Shown: in pieces, positions 11,592 to 26,831 of the stretch
Position numbering within the stretch: the stretch's first letter is position 1
Layout of the letters: every line of letters begins with the position of its first letter
Assembly (NCBI RefSeq): GCF_006345805.1
Contig: NC_042997.1
Coordinates: 133,548,001-133,612,000 of the forward strand
Direction of reading: 5' to 3'
DNA from: Octopus sinensis
Lineage: Eukaryota
DNA length: 64,000 nt
Made by a program: the position numbers and the translations under genes
Notes under the pieces: model-generated
The model's database searches: none
Told to the model about the DNA's origin: nothing
What the model saw: the letters and a program-made list of their open reading frames with translations, nothing else

Positions 11592-11925
11592 AGGCGGCGA
11601 GCTGGCAGAAACGTTAGCACGTCGGGCGGAATGCTTAACGGTATTTCGTCTGCCGCTACGTTCTGAGTTCAAATTCCGCCGAGGTCGACTTTGCCTTTCA
11701 TCCTTTCGGGGTCGATAAATAAGTACCAGTTACGCACTGGGGTCGATATAATCGACTTAATCCGTTTGTGTTCAAATTCCGCCGAGGTCGACTTTGCCTT
11801 TCATCCTTTCGGGGTCGATAAATAAGTACGAGTTACGCACTGAGGTCGATATAATCGACTTAATCCGTTTGTCTGTCCTTGTTTGTCCTCTCTGTGTTTA
11901 GCCTCTTGTGGGCAGTAAAGAAATA
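11592..11925 (+). mobile_element. SINE A with ~103-bp internal tandem duplication and 23-bp TSD
   Basis: TSD tatatctagttaatacataatta at 11569-11591 and 11926-11948; gttcaaattccgccgagg...ttaatccgtttgt occurs twice. Confidence 0.92.
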
Positions 11926-12938
11926 TATATCTAGTTAATACATAATTATATGTATATATATACACACACAAACTCTCATCGTTTGCTTACATCCCTGTAA
12001 CATAGCAGATCGACTGGTTGATAGAATAAGTATCAGATTTAAAATATATGTACTAGGGTCGATCTTTTTTTCTTTCGACTAAAACAATTCCAGGCAGTGT
12101 CCCATCATGGCTGCAGTCAAATGACTGAAACAAATCAAAGATAAAAGATATAAAACTTTGTTCCATTGTTATTGCTCGTCCTGTCTTTTTTTTTTAACAA
12201 CTCGTGACTCGATACTTCATATGTAACTAGTAACCAGATTCTGTATTATTATTCCAACTGATTAATCATTACCCAGGCAACAGAAAATCTAGTATTGTTT
12301 ACTGAAATACTCTAGATTCTGCATTTCCCGTTTCATTCCTTTCACACAGACTTTGTCATATCCTATTCTTTCTTATTAGCTTTTGAACACAGCCATTGAA
12401 AAATACATGATTTAAACAATTTAGGACATACACTGTAAAGTACACGTATGTTTATTTTACACACACATACAATACGCACACACATACAAACATACACACA
12501 CACAAACATACACACACACATATGCATAGATAAATAAAGTTAATCTTAAGAAAACAATTCACGCGGAGTGAAGCAGTTACGGAGGCTATATCAATTTCCA
12601 GACGAAGAAAAAAAGTAAGAAAATACGACAAGATGTTTAACAATGCTATGTAGAAAAGACACTCTGTTGGTAGTAATGAATTCAATAAGTAAGATGCCAG
12701 CCAAATGCATATTTGTACTTTTTCTAATGTCTGCCATGACTATATAGTGTTAGGAAAAAAATAATTAACTCAACATTTATATTAATGCTAATAAACGTAT
12801 TTCAGAGATTCATAAGATATTTCATGATATGAACATTCTAAACAATCTTTTCCTCTCTCTGTGAAATACATACGAAATCTCTCTCATAATTCTTCTCTCT
12901 CTCTCTCTTTTAACACGCCTGTGTATGTCTGCATATAT

Positions 12939-13067
<129 letters not shown>

Positions 13068-13077
13068 TACATATCTA

Positions 13078-13121
<44 letters not shown>

Positions 13122-13167
13122 GAGAGAGAGAGAGAAATAGACAGACAGACAGACAGGACAGACAGAC

Positions 13168-13259
<92 letters not shown>

Positions 13260-13261
13260 CT

Positions 13262-13765
13262 TTTAACCTTTTATTGGTATCAGCCTCAGACTCACGCCAT
13301 TCTGACGCACCAACGTTCAGTGTGATTGGGTTTCTTATCTGTACAGGTTTTGGTGAAGCAGCGATTTGGATGAAGCTGGTCTTCTTTGAACCTCTTACCG
13401 CGATATGGGTTCATCTTGTATTTCAGATAGAAATTTGTCCAGACGCTCTTTGAAGACCTCCACATTTACCCCTCGCAAATCTCTAAGATTGTTTGGCAGA
13501 TTGTTGAATAGCTGTGGACGCTTCAAAGAGCCAAGCTATAACAGTACTAGGTCTTTATTCTAGATGGAGAAGACGGGATCTTTGGTACCATGCAATGCCG
13601 TCCAGTTCGGTGGTTGGCATAACTTTCAATTCCAAAGCTGAGGGATAAACCTTCCAGAATCTTCCATATGTTTATGACTGCATATCTTCCACGCCTTCTC
13701 TGTAGGGAGTAAAGCTTCAGTTCCTTTAGCCTCTTTCAGTGACTCATATATATCCATAGTTATCT
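13262..13765 (-). mobile_element. CR1/L2-clade LINE 3' end between (GATA)n tracts
   Basis: RLKELKLYSLQRRR and QLFNNLPNNLRDLRGVNVEVFKERLDKFL on the minus strand; aataaa close to the 3' junction. Confidence 0.8.
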
Positions 13766-13789
13766 ATCTTTCGATAGATAGATAGATAA

Positions 13790-13867
<78 letters not shown>

Positions 13868-13979
13868 GTAGAAATACTTAAAACGTAAATATTATAAACA
13901 TATATGTACTATATTTGCAAGACCACGCAGCATCCTCCCCACTATATATATATTATATATATATATATATAATATATAT

Positions 13980-14012
<33 letters not shown>

Positions 14013-14142
14013 TGTTATATATATATATGAATATTATAGTTACATACTGTCAGTGTTTACATGCACAGACACACACGCATGAATATTATATATACATGTA
14101 TCAACATCTAGATATGCATGTGTGTGTGTGTGTGCGTATGTG

Positions 14143-14180
<38 letters not shown>

Positions 14181-14206
14181 AGGTTGAAAAGTAACACATG
14201 AATTGA

Positions 14207-14738
14207 TATGTAAAAGGAAAATAAGACAAGGTAGAAAATGCTAAAATTATTTTATCATGAACATTTTAGTACTGGTTTCAGTCTTTGCGACTTTTTCAAC
14301 TTAGGGTAAAGCATGAAAAATAATTAAATTGTGGAAAAATTACATGAAATTTTTTTTTTTTATATTTCTATAGTTTTCAAATACAATGACATTTTCCTTT
14401 TTTCTGTCTCTCTCTTTTACTTTTGTGAAGGCTCGGTAGTAGGTAGTAGCATATCTAAAAGAATATTTGATACGAGGGATGTGAGTTTCTTTAGATCTGA
14501 TAATACCTACTACCGAGCCTTCACAAAAGTAAGAGACAGACAGAAAAAAGGAAAATGTCCCTTATATTTGAAAACTATGGAAATATTTTTAAAAACAATT
14601 CCTTTAATCTTTCCACAATTTAATAGTTTTTTAGGCTCCATCGTAAGTAGAAAAACTCGCAAAGACGGAAACTGATACTAAAATATTCTTCCTGATAAAA
14701 TTCACTTAGCATTTACTACTTTGTCTTATTTTCCTGAT
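14207..14738. repeat. Long inverted repeat, ~240-bp arms (14207-14445 / 14500-14738), ~55-bp loop
   Basis: gacattttcc...ttttgtgaaggctcggtagtaggta vs tacctactaccgagccttcacaaaa...ggaaaatgtc; outer parts are more diverged but still align. Confidence 0.85.
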
Positions 14739-14771
14739 ATATATATATATATATATATATGTATATGGGAG

Positions 14772-15076
14772 GAGACCCCCTTCGGTCATGAATGACCATG
14801 GGATTGTCTGGGCAAGGTTGTTTGTGGGAGACCAGCAGTCACCCATGTATGCCGGCCTCCCCACTCCCTGCCACTAGTGTTATCCAAGGGAAAGGCAAAG
14901 GCTGATACATCTTGGCACCAATGACGTCGCAACTCATTTCTACAGCTGAGCAAACTGGAGCAACGTGAAATAAAGTGTCTTGCTCAAGAACACAACCCGC
15001 AGCCCGTTCTGGGAATCAAACTCACAACCTCACGATCGTAAGCTCGACGATCTAACCACTGAACCATGTGCCTTCA
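14772..15076 (-). mobile_element. SINE family C (tRNA-Arg-like head 2 + central domain + tail Q)
   Basis: gaaggcacatggttcagtggttagatcgtcgagcttacgatcgtgagg...gttcttgagcaagacactttatttcacgttgctccag...ggtcattcatgaccgaagggg. Confidence 0.85.
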
Positions 15077-15078
15077 TG

Positions 15079-15135
<57 letters not shown>

Positions 15136-15216
15136 TAATAATAAAATATTAGGGAATAAATCCAAACTTACAGGGAAAACAGATTTAGGATTGAATCCAA
15201 TTTTATAGTAAAATAT

Positions 15217-15687
15217 TATATTATATCAAATTAGAGATAAAACCACCATTAGGCAAATCAAACAATGAAAAACTTAAGCCAATACATAAAATTAATTAAT
15301 TTATATTATTTTAAATATATATCAAAAGTATTAAAGTTTAATAAAGATAATGAGAAAACACTACGATCGTTTCATGGCTGTCCAATTCGTAATAATTCGA
15401 GTTATGGTTACAGTCAATCTTCAGGTAATTGAAATATTTATCTTAGCGAGGTTTAGCAAAAACCTCGCTAAGATAAATATTTCAATTACCTGAAGATTGA
15501 CTGTAACCATAACTCGAATTATTACGAATTGGACAGCCATGAAACGATCGTAGTGTTTAGATTATCTTTTTATTAAACTTTTAATACTTTTGATATATAT
15601 TTAAAATAATATAAGTTAATTAATTTATGTATTGGCTTAAGTTTTTCATTGTTTGATTTGCCTAATGGTGGTTTTATCTCTAATTTA

Positions 15688-15695
<8 letters not shown>
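15217..15695. repeat. Near-perfect ~480-bp palindrome of a Penelope-like terminal repeat, flanked by (TA)n
   Basis: Arms ~15217-15453 and ~15461-15695 meet at cttagcgaggttt-agcaa-aaacctcgctaag. Confidence 0.92.
15483..15560 (+). ncRNA. Hammerhead ribozyme motif (mirror copy at 15355-15430 on the minus strand)
   Basis: aattac-CTGAAGA-t-tgactgt...acagcca-t-GAAA-CGATCG-TA-gtgttt: intact core, palindromic stem III, GUA triplet. Stem II is closed by U.U instead of G-C and stem I is weak. Confidence 0.55.
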
Positions 15696-15734
<39 letters not shown>

Positions 15735-16587
15735 GGGTGATAAACAGTGTTTCGAGTAACGAACATACAATCCGGCAACAACAGTTGGCACCAGACTGAG
15801 AGTATCAACAGGAGAGTGTCAGTTGTTGCCTAGCTTTAGCTTGGTGCATATCTCTGCTGGATTTCGACGAACCTCCTCCTATATTTTCAAGGGAAACAAA
15901 AATAGTTTCGCTTTACGAGCATTTCCACTGACGAACGTCCTTCAGTAACGAATTGAATTCATAAACCGAGTTTCCCCCGTGTTCACACACAGTGAGATAC
16001 TCACACACAGGCACATGCGCGCGCATATATATAAATATTCGTACTGTGTAAATGGCTGAGCACGCGCACACACACACACACACACACTTCTCAAACAGAA
16101 TCGGCCAATGTAGGATATAAACAAAGCTGTTCTTTTGAGTTACACGTACAATCCATCCAGTCTCTGTCCAGTTTCACTCACAAAACTTGGGTCAGTCGGA
16201 GCTATGGAAAATTACTTGACTTCCAAAGGACAAACATTGCAATCGAACGCGGAAACTCGTAGTTTCGAAGCGAATTCTTAACTCCACCGTTCGGTTATAC
16301 TACCTACACCATTTTTAACACAGAGACATGAATACACAGAATACCTATACATACATGCATACAAACATGTACACATATATATACATATATATTTGTCTAT
16401 GTATGTATATATATATATATGTATATATCATATGATATTTATATTATATGAATTATATAATATAATATATATTGCATCATATATTCGTATTTTCTCTTAA
16501 AGCTGCATCCACATAGACATGTTCCTATTATGTTTGTATGTGTGTGCGCGTTTGTATATCCATCTATCTATATCTTTCTCTCTCTAT

Positions 16588-16645
<58 letters not shown>

Positions 16646-16675
16646 GCACACATTTTATAAGAATACTTATGCATT

Positions 16676-16732
<57 letters not shown>

Positions 16733-16739
16733 ATATAAA

Positions 16740-17078
16740 GGGTAAAGACCCCCTTCGGTCATGAATGACCATGGGATTGCACCTAGAAAGTTACCCTCCT
16801 AGACACAAGTCCGGGCAAGGTTGTTTATGGAAGACCAGCAGTCGCCCATGCATACCAGCCTCCCCTCTGCACGCCACCAGTGTTATCCAAGGGAAAGGCA
16901 AAGGCCGATACAGCTTGGCACTCGTGACATCGCAACTCATTTCTACAGCTGAGTGAACTGGAGCAACATGAACTAAAGTGCTTTGCTCAAGAACACAACA
17001 CGCAGCCCGGTCCGGGATTCGAGCTCACAACCTCACGATCGTAAGCTCGACGCTCTAACCACTGAGCCATGCGCCTTC

Positions 17079-17080
<2 letters not shown>
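16740..17080 (-). mobile_element. SINE family C, full length
   Basis: Same head, central domain and tail as 14772-15076, ending gaccgaaggggtctttaccc. Confidence 0.88.
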
Positions 17081-17173
<93 letters not shown>

Positions 17174-17190
17174 TATATATAGAGAGAGAA

Positions 17191-17225
<35 letters not shown>

Positions 17226-17286
17226 TAGATAATATATATATATATACACCTACACACATTTTATAAGAATACTTATTATGCATTTG

Positions 17287-17344
<58 letters not shown>

Positions 17345-17880
17345 TCTTATACGTTTCATCAGCCCTATGGCAGTGGCTATGATGGAGTAGATATATATGT
17401 GTATGTATACATATATATATATATATACATATACATATTTACCTATATATATAAATTTATTAAAAAATCATACACAAATACACACATACACTTTATGCTT
17501 ATATAACATTTTCTAATACATACACACAAAGTACGCACGGTCACATATACTCACACACGTATATTTAACATAAGTACATAAATTTCTTAGAAAATTGATA
17601 TTGGAGTTCTATAATAGCTACCGATTTGTATGATCTTATTAAGTTGATATTCTTCGGCTAGAACATTATTAAGCTAACTGTAAATGACATATTTATTAAT
17701 TATAGGCAAATTGATTCATTAGCTTTTATTGCCAACCAGTTTCTTCAGGGTAGCTTCACTATTCTTTGATGTTCAAACAATTATCAGCCATTTTTCTTTC
17801 TCTTTACAAAAGTGTGTATGTATGTATATATGTATGTATGTATGTATGAAAGTATGTATGTGTGTGCATGAGTGTGTGTG

Positions 17881-17930
<50 letters not shown>

Positions 17931-17985
17931 CAGACACACACACTCATGCACACACCACATACTTTCATACATACATACTATATAC

Positions 17986-18065
<80 letters not shown>

Positions 18066-18210
18066 ATGTATGTATGTATGTATGTATATATACAGACACA
18101 TACACATAAATATACATACGTACATAGACATGCATACAATATAGGTCTGGGGATGCAAAAAGAAAAACGGCTAATTACGTAAGCGTGTAAGTAACACACA
18201 CACACACCAC

Positions 18211-18255
<45 letters not shown>

Positions 18256-18999
18256 TATATAATATATATATATATATATTTCAGAGTAGTAAATCTTTTA
18301 CCACGTGGTCTAGCGTGTAGAAAAAACTAGTCAAGAGACTAAGATATTATTCATTATATATACAGTGTGCATTTAAACACATAAGAAATGGCCATAATCG
18401 GACATCTAAACTGCTAGAAGGAGTAATTAAAATCCAAAACCACAATTAGGGTTAATTTCGAAGGGGAATGAAAAATAAAAACATTTACCATCTATTTCTT
18501 AGACCATGGTTTCGAACAATCTTCCTCAAATAAAGTAAGGTCACCAACTCTTCATCAGTTATTGGCCGGAGGGTCAAACGCAATTTCGCGCTTTTAACGA
18601 TAATATTGTTTCCCCACCGGTGGCACCTCCAAGAAAAAAAAAAACTGCAGGGAAATGGGACCAAAACATCACAAGAACGAACAAACAATAAATGGATAGA
18701 CATACAACACAAAAGTGGACATACGAACATGAATAAATATGACTGAAGACGGGACCATTAATGAGCGGCCGGGAGGACAAGGACGAAATACATAAGCAGA
18801 ATACAGCTTTAAGGCTGGACAGAGACGACACAATGGATAATACTCAGAGGAAAATCCTGAAGGGTTAGAAAGAGATGTAAAACTTCTGAGGAGTTGATGA
18901 CCTTCTCTGTCTCTTTTTCGTTTTTGTTGACCGTTCGTCCACCTGAGGGGCAGGTTTTAGCAAATGCTTAATTTACAACCGAATATGTCATGTGTATAT

Positions 19000-20110
19000 G
19001 TTTATATATATATATAATTCTTTAACTAGTTTTTTTGTCAAGTTTCGTATGTCGTTTTTGGTCCAGTCTACAATTCCAACTCCATATCTGATTAGAAGTA
19101 CTGCTCTTGAATTTATTGCTTCAATAACATTTTTTGAGTTCAGCTTTGACTGCAATAATTTTCTCCCTCTTCTTGTATACTCCCTACTGGTAATTTGTTT
19201 CATTTCCTCATGTTTTATTTTATCTGATTCCAGTATCACTAAATACTTAAGTCACTCTCCTTTCTCAGCTGCTTTCATTGTTTGCCTATTTGGTACTCAA
19301 TTCCTTGGCTTCCTTCAAATCTTCCTCCTTTCATTTTCAACATAACGCATTTTGCGATTCCAAATTTCATACCTACATCATTTCAGAAAATGCGAGCAGT
19401 ATGTATGTGACGTTCACATTCATTCTCATATTTTGTATAAATCTTTACATCATCCTCTTTTACTTGTTTCAGTCATTTGACTGTGGCCATGCTGGGGCAT
19501 CGTCTTTCGTCGAGCAAATCGACCCCAGGACTTATTCTTTGTGTTCTATCGGTCTCTTTTGCCGAATCGCTAAGTTACGGGGACGTAAACACATCAGCAT
19601 CGGTTGTCAAGCGATATTAGGGGGACAAACACAGACACACAAACACCGATCTTAAGCGTCCACTTAAATGTTAAACAGGTAATAGATCGAACATTTGATA
19701 CCAAGTTAACTTTTAAGGGATCCTTGAGGCATAAAAGCGTTCGTCCACTTTTCATCCAGGTAGGGATCTGACCATGCTGCAAGTAGCCTTGTGTTCCATC
19801 CAGATCAGTTCCTTTCCAATTTGCTATTTTTTAAACTTCAGTCTCACTGTACATATATATATATATATAGATTCTGAAGCCCTTTTGTCTTGGAACAGTT
19901 GCAAGCTGGGTTTTTTTTTTTACCTGTGTTAGCCACTCTGTAATTGCTTTATATCTCACCGTCCTGTTTCGCAGTTCTCCCCAAAATATTTTACTTTCTT
20001 CTGCGTCAGGAATCATTTCCTGATGTTAGTCCCCATTTATTTCCTCAAAAAGACGTCTTCTGTTTCACTGAAACAGTCAATTCTGTTCAAAGCCTTTGAA
20101 TCTAACATCA
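19000..20110 (-). mobile_element. Fragments of a second R4-like RLE LINE (pre-RT, RT start and post-RT), with a SINE D tail at 19455-19650
   Basis: IPDAEESKIFWGEL; WMKSGRTLLCLKDPLKVNLVSNVRSITCL; EYTRRGRKLLQSKLNSKNVIEAINSRAVLLIRYGVGIVDWT. Confidence 0.8.
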
Positions 20111-20147
20111 TACCTTTTCGGTTTGGCCTTTAATATTATTATCATTA

Positions 20148-21902
<1,755 letters not shown>

Positions 21903-21935
21903 ATTATTATTATTTTATTATTATTACTATTATTA

Positions 21936-22016
<81 letters not shown>

Positions 22017-22021
<5 letters not shown>

Positions 22022-22575
22022 TAGTCTTATTTTCATCACGTGCTTTCACTGCACTACTTTACGTAGCTCTGTGCGCCTTGGGTATGTGCTGTGGTTTGTT
22101 TGTGGTGCTCCTGTTTTCACTGTATTTAAAAGAGTTCTACGTAGGATGTGTGCGGTGCCTAGTAGTGCTATTTTCTGTATGTTATATACATTTGTAAGTC
22201 CTGGTGTTTTGGTTATTTTTTATCATACCTAATGCTCCTACTATTATAAGAATTATTTCTGTTTTTAGGTTCCGCATTCGAGTCACCTCTATTTCTAGAC
22301 CTCTGTATTTTGAATGTTTCTCCGTTTATTTTAGAGAAACGTTGGTACTGATACATCGATTAGAAGGCGACTTTTTTCTTGGTGATCTCTGACAACTATA
22401 TCCGGTCTATTAGCCTTGATTTCTCATATCCCAGAGTATGCATATTTTCTCATTCATTCTCTGTGACTTTTTCTGGGGTATGTCTATAGCATCATTTTTC
22501 TGTTGTCATTTCCTAGTTTTAGCATAGCTTCCAGTGTATATAGGTTCCAATTCTGTCATGCCTGTGAATATATTC
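22017..22575 (-). mobile_element. R4-like LINE 3' end with RLE (PD-D/ExK) domain and (AAT)n tail
   Basis: ANRPDIVVRDHQEK, IDVSVP, IIVGALGMI, QKIALLGTAHILRR; 3' UTR ends gactactgaataataataat. Confidence 0.88.
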
Positions 22576-22701
22576 TTTCTTCTTCTTCTTCTTCTTCTTC
22601 TTCTTCTTCTTCTCTTCTTCTTCTTCTTCTTCTTCTTCTCTTCTTCTCTTCTTCTTTTCTTCTTCTTATTTTTCTCTTCTTCTTCTTCTTCTTCTTCTTT
22701 C

Positions 22702-22737
<36 letters not shown>

Positions 22738-24013
22738 TTTTATTATATTATATTATTATTATTTTATTGTTATTATCGTTGTTGTTTTGTAGTTGTTGTT
22801 GTTGTGGTGGTGGTTGGTAGTGTGGTGGTAGTGGTGGTGGTAGCGGTGGTCGTGGTAGTGGTGGTCGTGGTAGCGGTGGTCGTCGTCATCGTGGTGATCG
22901 TCGTCGTTGTTATTTGCGTCTATTTTAATCGAACTTATTTTCTTTCGACTCTGCAGTTTTTGACTTTTAACGATACTTAAATGTGGATACATCATCTTAC
23001 TGATTGTGAGTACAGCTGTAAACAATATTTATATATTTCCTTTTTAGGCCCTTTGAGGCAAAAAGGCACCTTATTAGAAATTTTTTGGTAAAACTTGTTA
23101 TTTTCTCACATAGGATAACATCATGGCAGGAAGACAAAAGCAAGAAAGAAAATACGCTATACTCACCTAATTAACAAAAAACTGTCTGTTCAGACACCAC
23201 ACAAAAATAGTTATAAATGGAAATATGAATGTCTAAAAAAGAAATAATGATGCATCTAATGTTTCTGACACAATTTGAAGTGTATTTAAAGATTCGTAAA
23301 CTAATAGCAGCAGCAGCAACAACGACTAGATACACATCCACAGACACACATACACTCACAGCTTCAAAACACGGTAACTCCTGTTTTTCGCTTGTTCCTG
23401 TTGGAGACAAAAAAATTCTGAAAATTAATACGAAATAATTCTGTCTCCTTCCTTCAGTACCTTTTCCAAGAAAGAGAAAGGAGAATGTTGATGCACTTAT
23501 GTCTTAAGAAAACAAAGGGGGCCTTTAGTGAACGTTGAAGGAAGTGGAGATGGTGGTTGTGGAAGAAAACTGCAAAACTGCTAAAGAAAATACAAGGGGG
23601 AAAAGAGAAAGAAATGCCCAAATGAAAGGTAAAAACCAACCGGAAGCAACAAAAATTGGGGCAGGTGGAGCAACCTTTTCAAAACATCGATACTACTCCT
23701 CCTCAGAAAATGGTGAATATGATGACAAAATGGAGGATGATATGTTAATCAGTGTCTTTCGAAGATAAGATAAGCATCTAATTGACAGAACAGAAATGTA
23801 CGAGTAGTACTAGGGCGATGCAAAATGCGCTGAGAAGCAGTTGAATTTGTAATCTAGAAAACAGGTGAAGGACAGATTGTTGGTAAAACCAAAGATATTA
23901 CAGTCAAATAAAACACGCATATCCTCAACGTGTGAGGTTGTATCTAACGCAACCTATTTAAAATGTTAATTGGCGCACAAAACTGCCATTCGAGCGAGAA
24001 TGAGATTGTTGTG

Positions 24014-24245
24014 GACGGCGAGCTGGCAGAACAGTTAGCACGCCGGGCGAAATGCGTAGCCGTATTTCGTCTGCCATTACGTTCTGAGTTAAAATTCCGC
24101 CGAGGTCGACTTTACCTTTCATCCTTTCGGGGTCGATAAATTAAGAACCAGTTACGCACTGGGGGTCGATGTAATCGACTTAATCCGTTTGTCTGACCTT
24201 GTTTGTCCCCTCTATGTTTAGCCCCTTGTGGGTAGTAAAGAAACA
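24014..24245 (+). mobile_element. SINE A with ~14-bp TSD
   Basis: TSD agat(t/a)gttgtggac on both sides. Confidence 0.9.
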
Positions 24246-24639
24246 GATAGTTGTGGACTGCTTTTGTATTTGTTGCCTTTACTGTTGAATATTAAGCGAC
24301 CAGAATTCTAAAGACTGGTGAAACCCTTTCTTTGTTCGGCCCACGAGGAAAAATTTAGAAGAAAATAAAATTTTGCGAATTAAAACAGAATATTCAAAGT
24401 AGCTTCCATGTTCTCGTCCTTGTCGGCCGGTCAGTAAGGAAAAGGTGAGAAGCAATTTCGAAGGTGTAACTTGTTCATAATCAACACCTCCCACCTCATA
24501 GTATTACACCGGTGGTAGTGACTAACAACAGTAGCAACCTCAGCAGTAGCAATAATAGCAATAACAACAACAGCAAAAAACAATAACAACAGCAACAAGA
24601 ACACCAGCAGCAATAACAACAGTAACAACAGCAGCAAGT

Positions 24640-25010
24640 GGAGGCGCAATGGCCCAGTGGTTAGGGCAGCGGATTCGCGGTCGTAAGAACGCGGTTTCGA
24701 TTCCCAGACCGGGCATTGTGAATGTTTATTGAGCAAAAGCACCTAAGCTCCACGACGCTCCAGTGTGGGATGGGGGTGAACCCCGCTGTACTCTTTCACT
24801 ACAACTTTCCCTCACTCTTTCTTCCTACTTCTGACACAAAGCAAAGGAACCATGGTGTAACCCACTATGGTGTGGTAAACTTTCAAACCCTAGTTTAGAT
24901 TGCGAATCCTCTGTATCCCAGGATGGTTCAGCTCTCCACCCGTTAAAAGCCACTGTTTACGGAATGAGGATAACAACGCAGCTTTCACGCCCGTGCAATC
25001 AGTTCTACAG
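24640..25010 (+). mobile_element. SINE B head 1 with alternative tail S (second copy 45185-45500, minus strand)
   Basis: Head ggaggcgcaatggcccagtggttagggcagcgg; after cactctttcttcct the sequence continues acttctg.cacaaagca.aggaaccatggtgtaaccc, shared with 45185-45500. Confidence 0.8.
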
Positions 25011-25397
25011 ATGAACATAGACGTATTTGATGCGTTAAGTGTGAAATCACAGGTGATATAGAACTAAATTCATTTTTTAAATGCCTTGCTTCGAAAACTG
25101 CATTAGGTACGACTAGTCAAATTTTGGTAGTAATGACTTATGTCCCTCTTAGCGTGAGGCATTTATGTGTCATAATGCCCTCTATACAATATAAATTAAT
25201 ATTTTCAAAGGAAAAAATTATTTTCGAATTTTTTCTCTTATGAGGTTTTTCACGCTAACTACCTGATAATTTCTTGTTAAGATTCCTTTAAGAAGTTATC
25301 CTTAATTGTTAAATTTATATATATATATATATTATATATATATATATATATTATATATAGTATAGATAGATAGATAGATAGATAGTAGATAGATAGA

Positions 25398-25460
<63 letters not shown>

Positions 25461-25505
25461 TAGATATAAATATATAGATATATAGATAGATAGATAATAG
25501 AATGA

Positions 25506-25536
<31 letters not shown>

Positions 25537-25559
25537 TAGACAGATAGATAGATAGATAG

Positions 25560-25645
<86 letters not shown>

Positions 25646-25651
25646 TGTATA

Positions 25652-26021
25652 TCTATTAAATAAAATCCGTTCTGTCTGTCTGTGTGTGTGTGTCTTCTAG
25701 GATCTCGGGCATCCTCCATTGTGCTCAAATTTGATATGTAGATACCGACGGTATCAGGACTTTTATAAGGCTTGACAAAATTACAAAAATCGATTCCAGG
25801 TGAGAATGCGATCGATAAAGCCGTGGGAACAAAATCGTTTTTCCTTGAATACAAAAAAGTCTATCTTTATTTCTTCTTTTGCTGGTGTCTCAAATTTAGG
25901 TTAAATCTGTGTTTCTCAAAGGGAAGGCCTATGGGACGGTCGGACAAGTTGTTTTGAGAAAATTTGGTTTAAATGTTTGACAACTCAGCACCGTCTATTG
26001 GACGGGGGTGCGTTTTGTTCG
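25652..26021 (+). mobile_element. Non-autonomous Helitron-like element (family 2); inverted second copy at 30418-30756
   Basis: 5' A|TCtattaaataaaatccgttctgtctgtc, internal ctaggatctcgg..aaatttgata, 3' GC-rich hairpin followed by (t/c)tcg|T; both copies end at (TA)n. Confidence 0.65.
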
Positions 26022-26096
<75 letters not shown>

Positions 26097-26111
26097 TGTG
26101 TGTGTGTGTGT

Positions 26112-26252
26112 AAAAAACATCTAGATATCTGTGCAAATGGAAAATTCAAAATATTCCCAATTTTCAAAATAAGCGGCAAAAATGTACAACTACGAAAGGT
26201 AAAAGAAAAATTCTTTATAAGAATTCTAAATCCGAAATTAACCCGAAAATAG
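26112..26252 (+). mobile_element. Penelope-like GIY-YIG endonuclease C-terminal remnant
   Basis: KHLDICANGKFKIFPIFK...RKVKEKFFIRILNPKLT* fits the R..KE..FI....P.LN C-terminal pattern of PLE endonucleases. Confidence 0.6.
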
Positions 26253-26831
26253 CCAACGCTCCATATAATAAACAATTTAAAAAGAATATTTATGACTAAG
26301 ACCATAAAACTGAAATTTGTTTCTTTAAATCACCTTTACACTTCAAAAAACTGTATGAAATAATCCTCATACACTTTCAAATACACGCGCACACACACAC
26401 ACACTAAATAATAAATGATATATATACACTCATATATGGGTACAGGACGTCAACAACGGTCAAATAACATGACATATGTAAACAACGAGAAAAGAAATGG
26501 AAAACAGGATAAGTTAACACAGGGAAAGGCCCTTCATCAGTTGTCGACTGTCTGTCTACTACTCATTTCGAGCATTAACGACAATATGAGCCTTCAAGGA
26601 CTCGATAGTTCATGTAAACGGTAGCAATGGGAAACAAAGTAGAGGACATGTGTTGTTTTCTTTCTAGCCAAGAGACTACATCTGTGATTAGCACTGTTCT
26701 CGAACATAATTAATTAACACACACACACACACACACACACATACGCGTACATGCAAATGTACGTGTTTCTTCACATGTACCATGTACAATGTCTGTGCAG
26801 AAATGTGTATCTATCTATCTACCTATCTATC

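Noticed and set aside
23100-23770. Purine-rich, coding-looking stretch with an acceptor-like site at 23457
   Set aside because: All frames are interrupted by stops and no motif was recognised; at most a decayed LINE ORF1, which cannot be supported.
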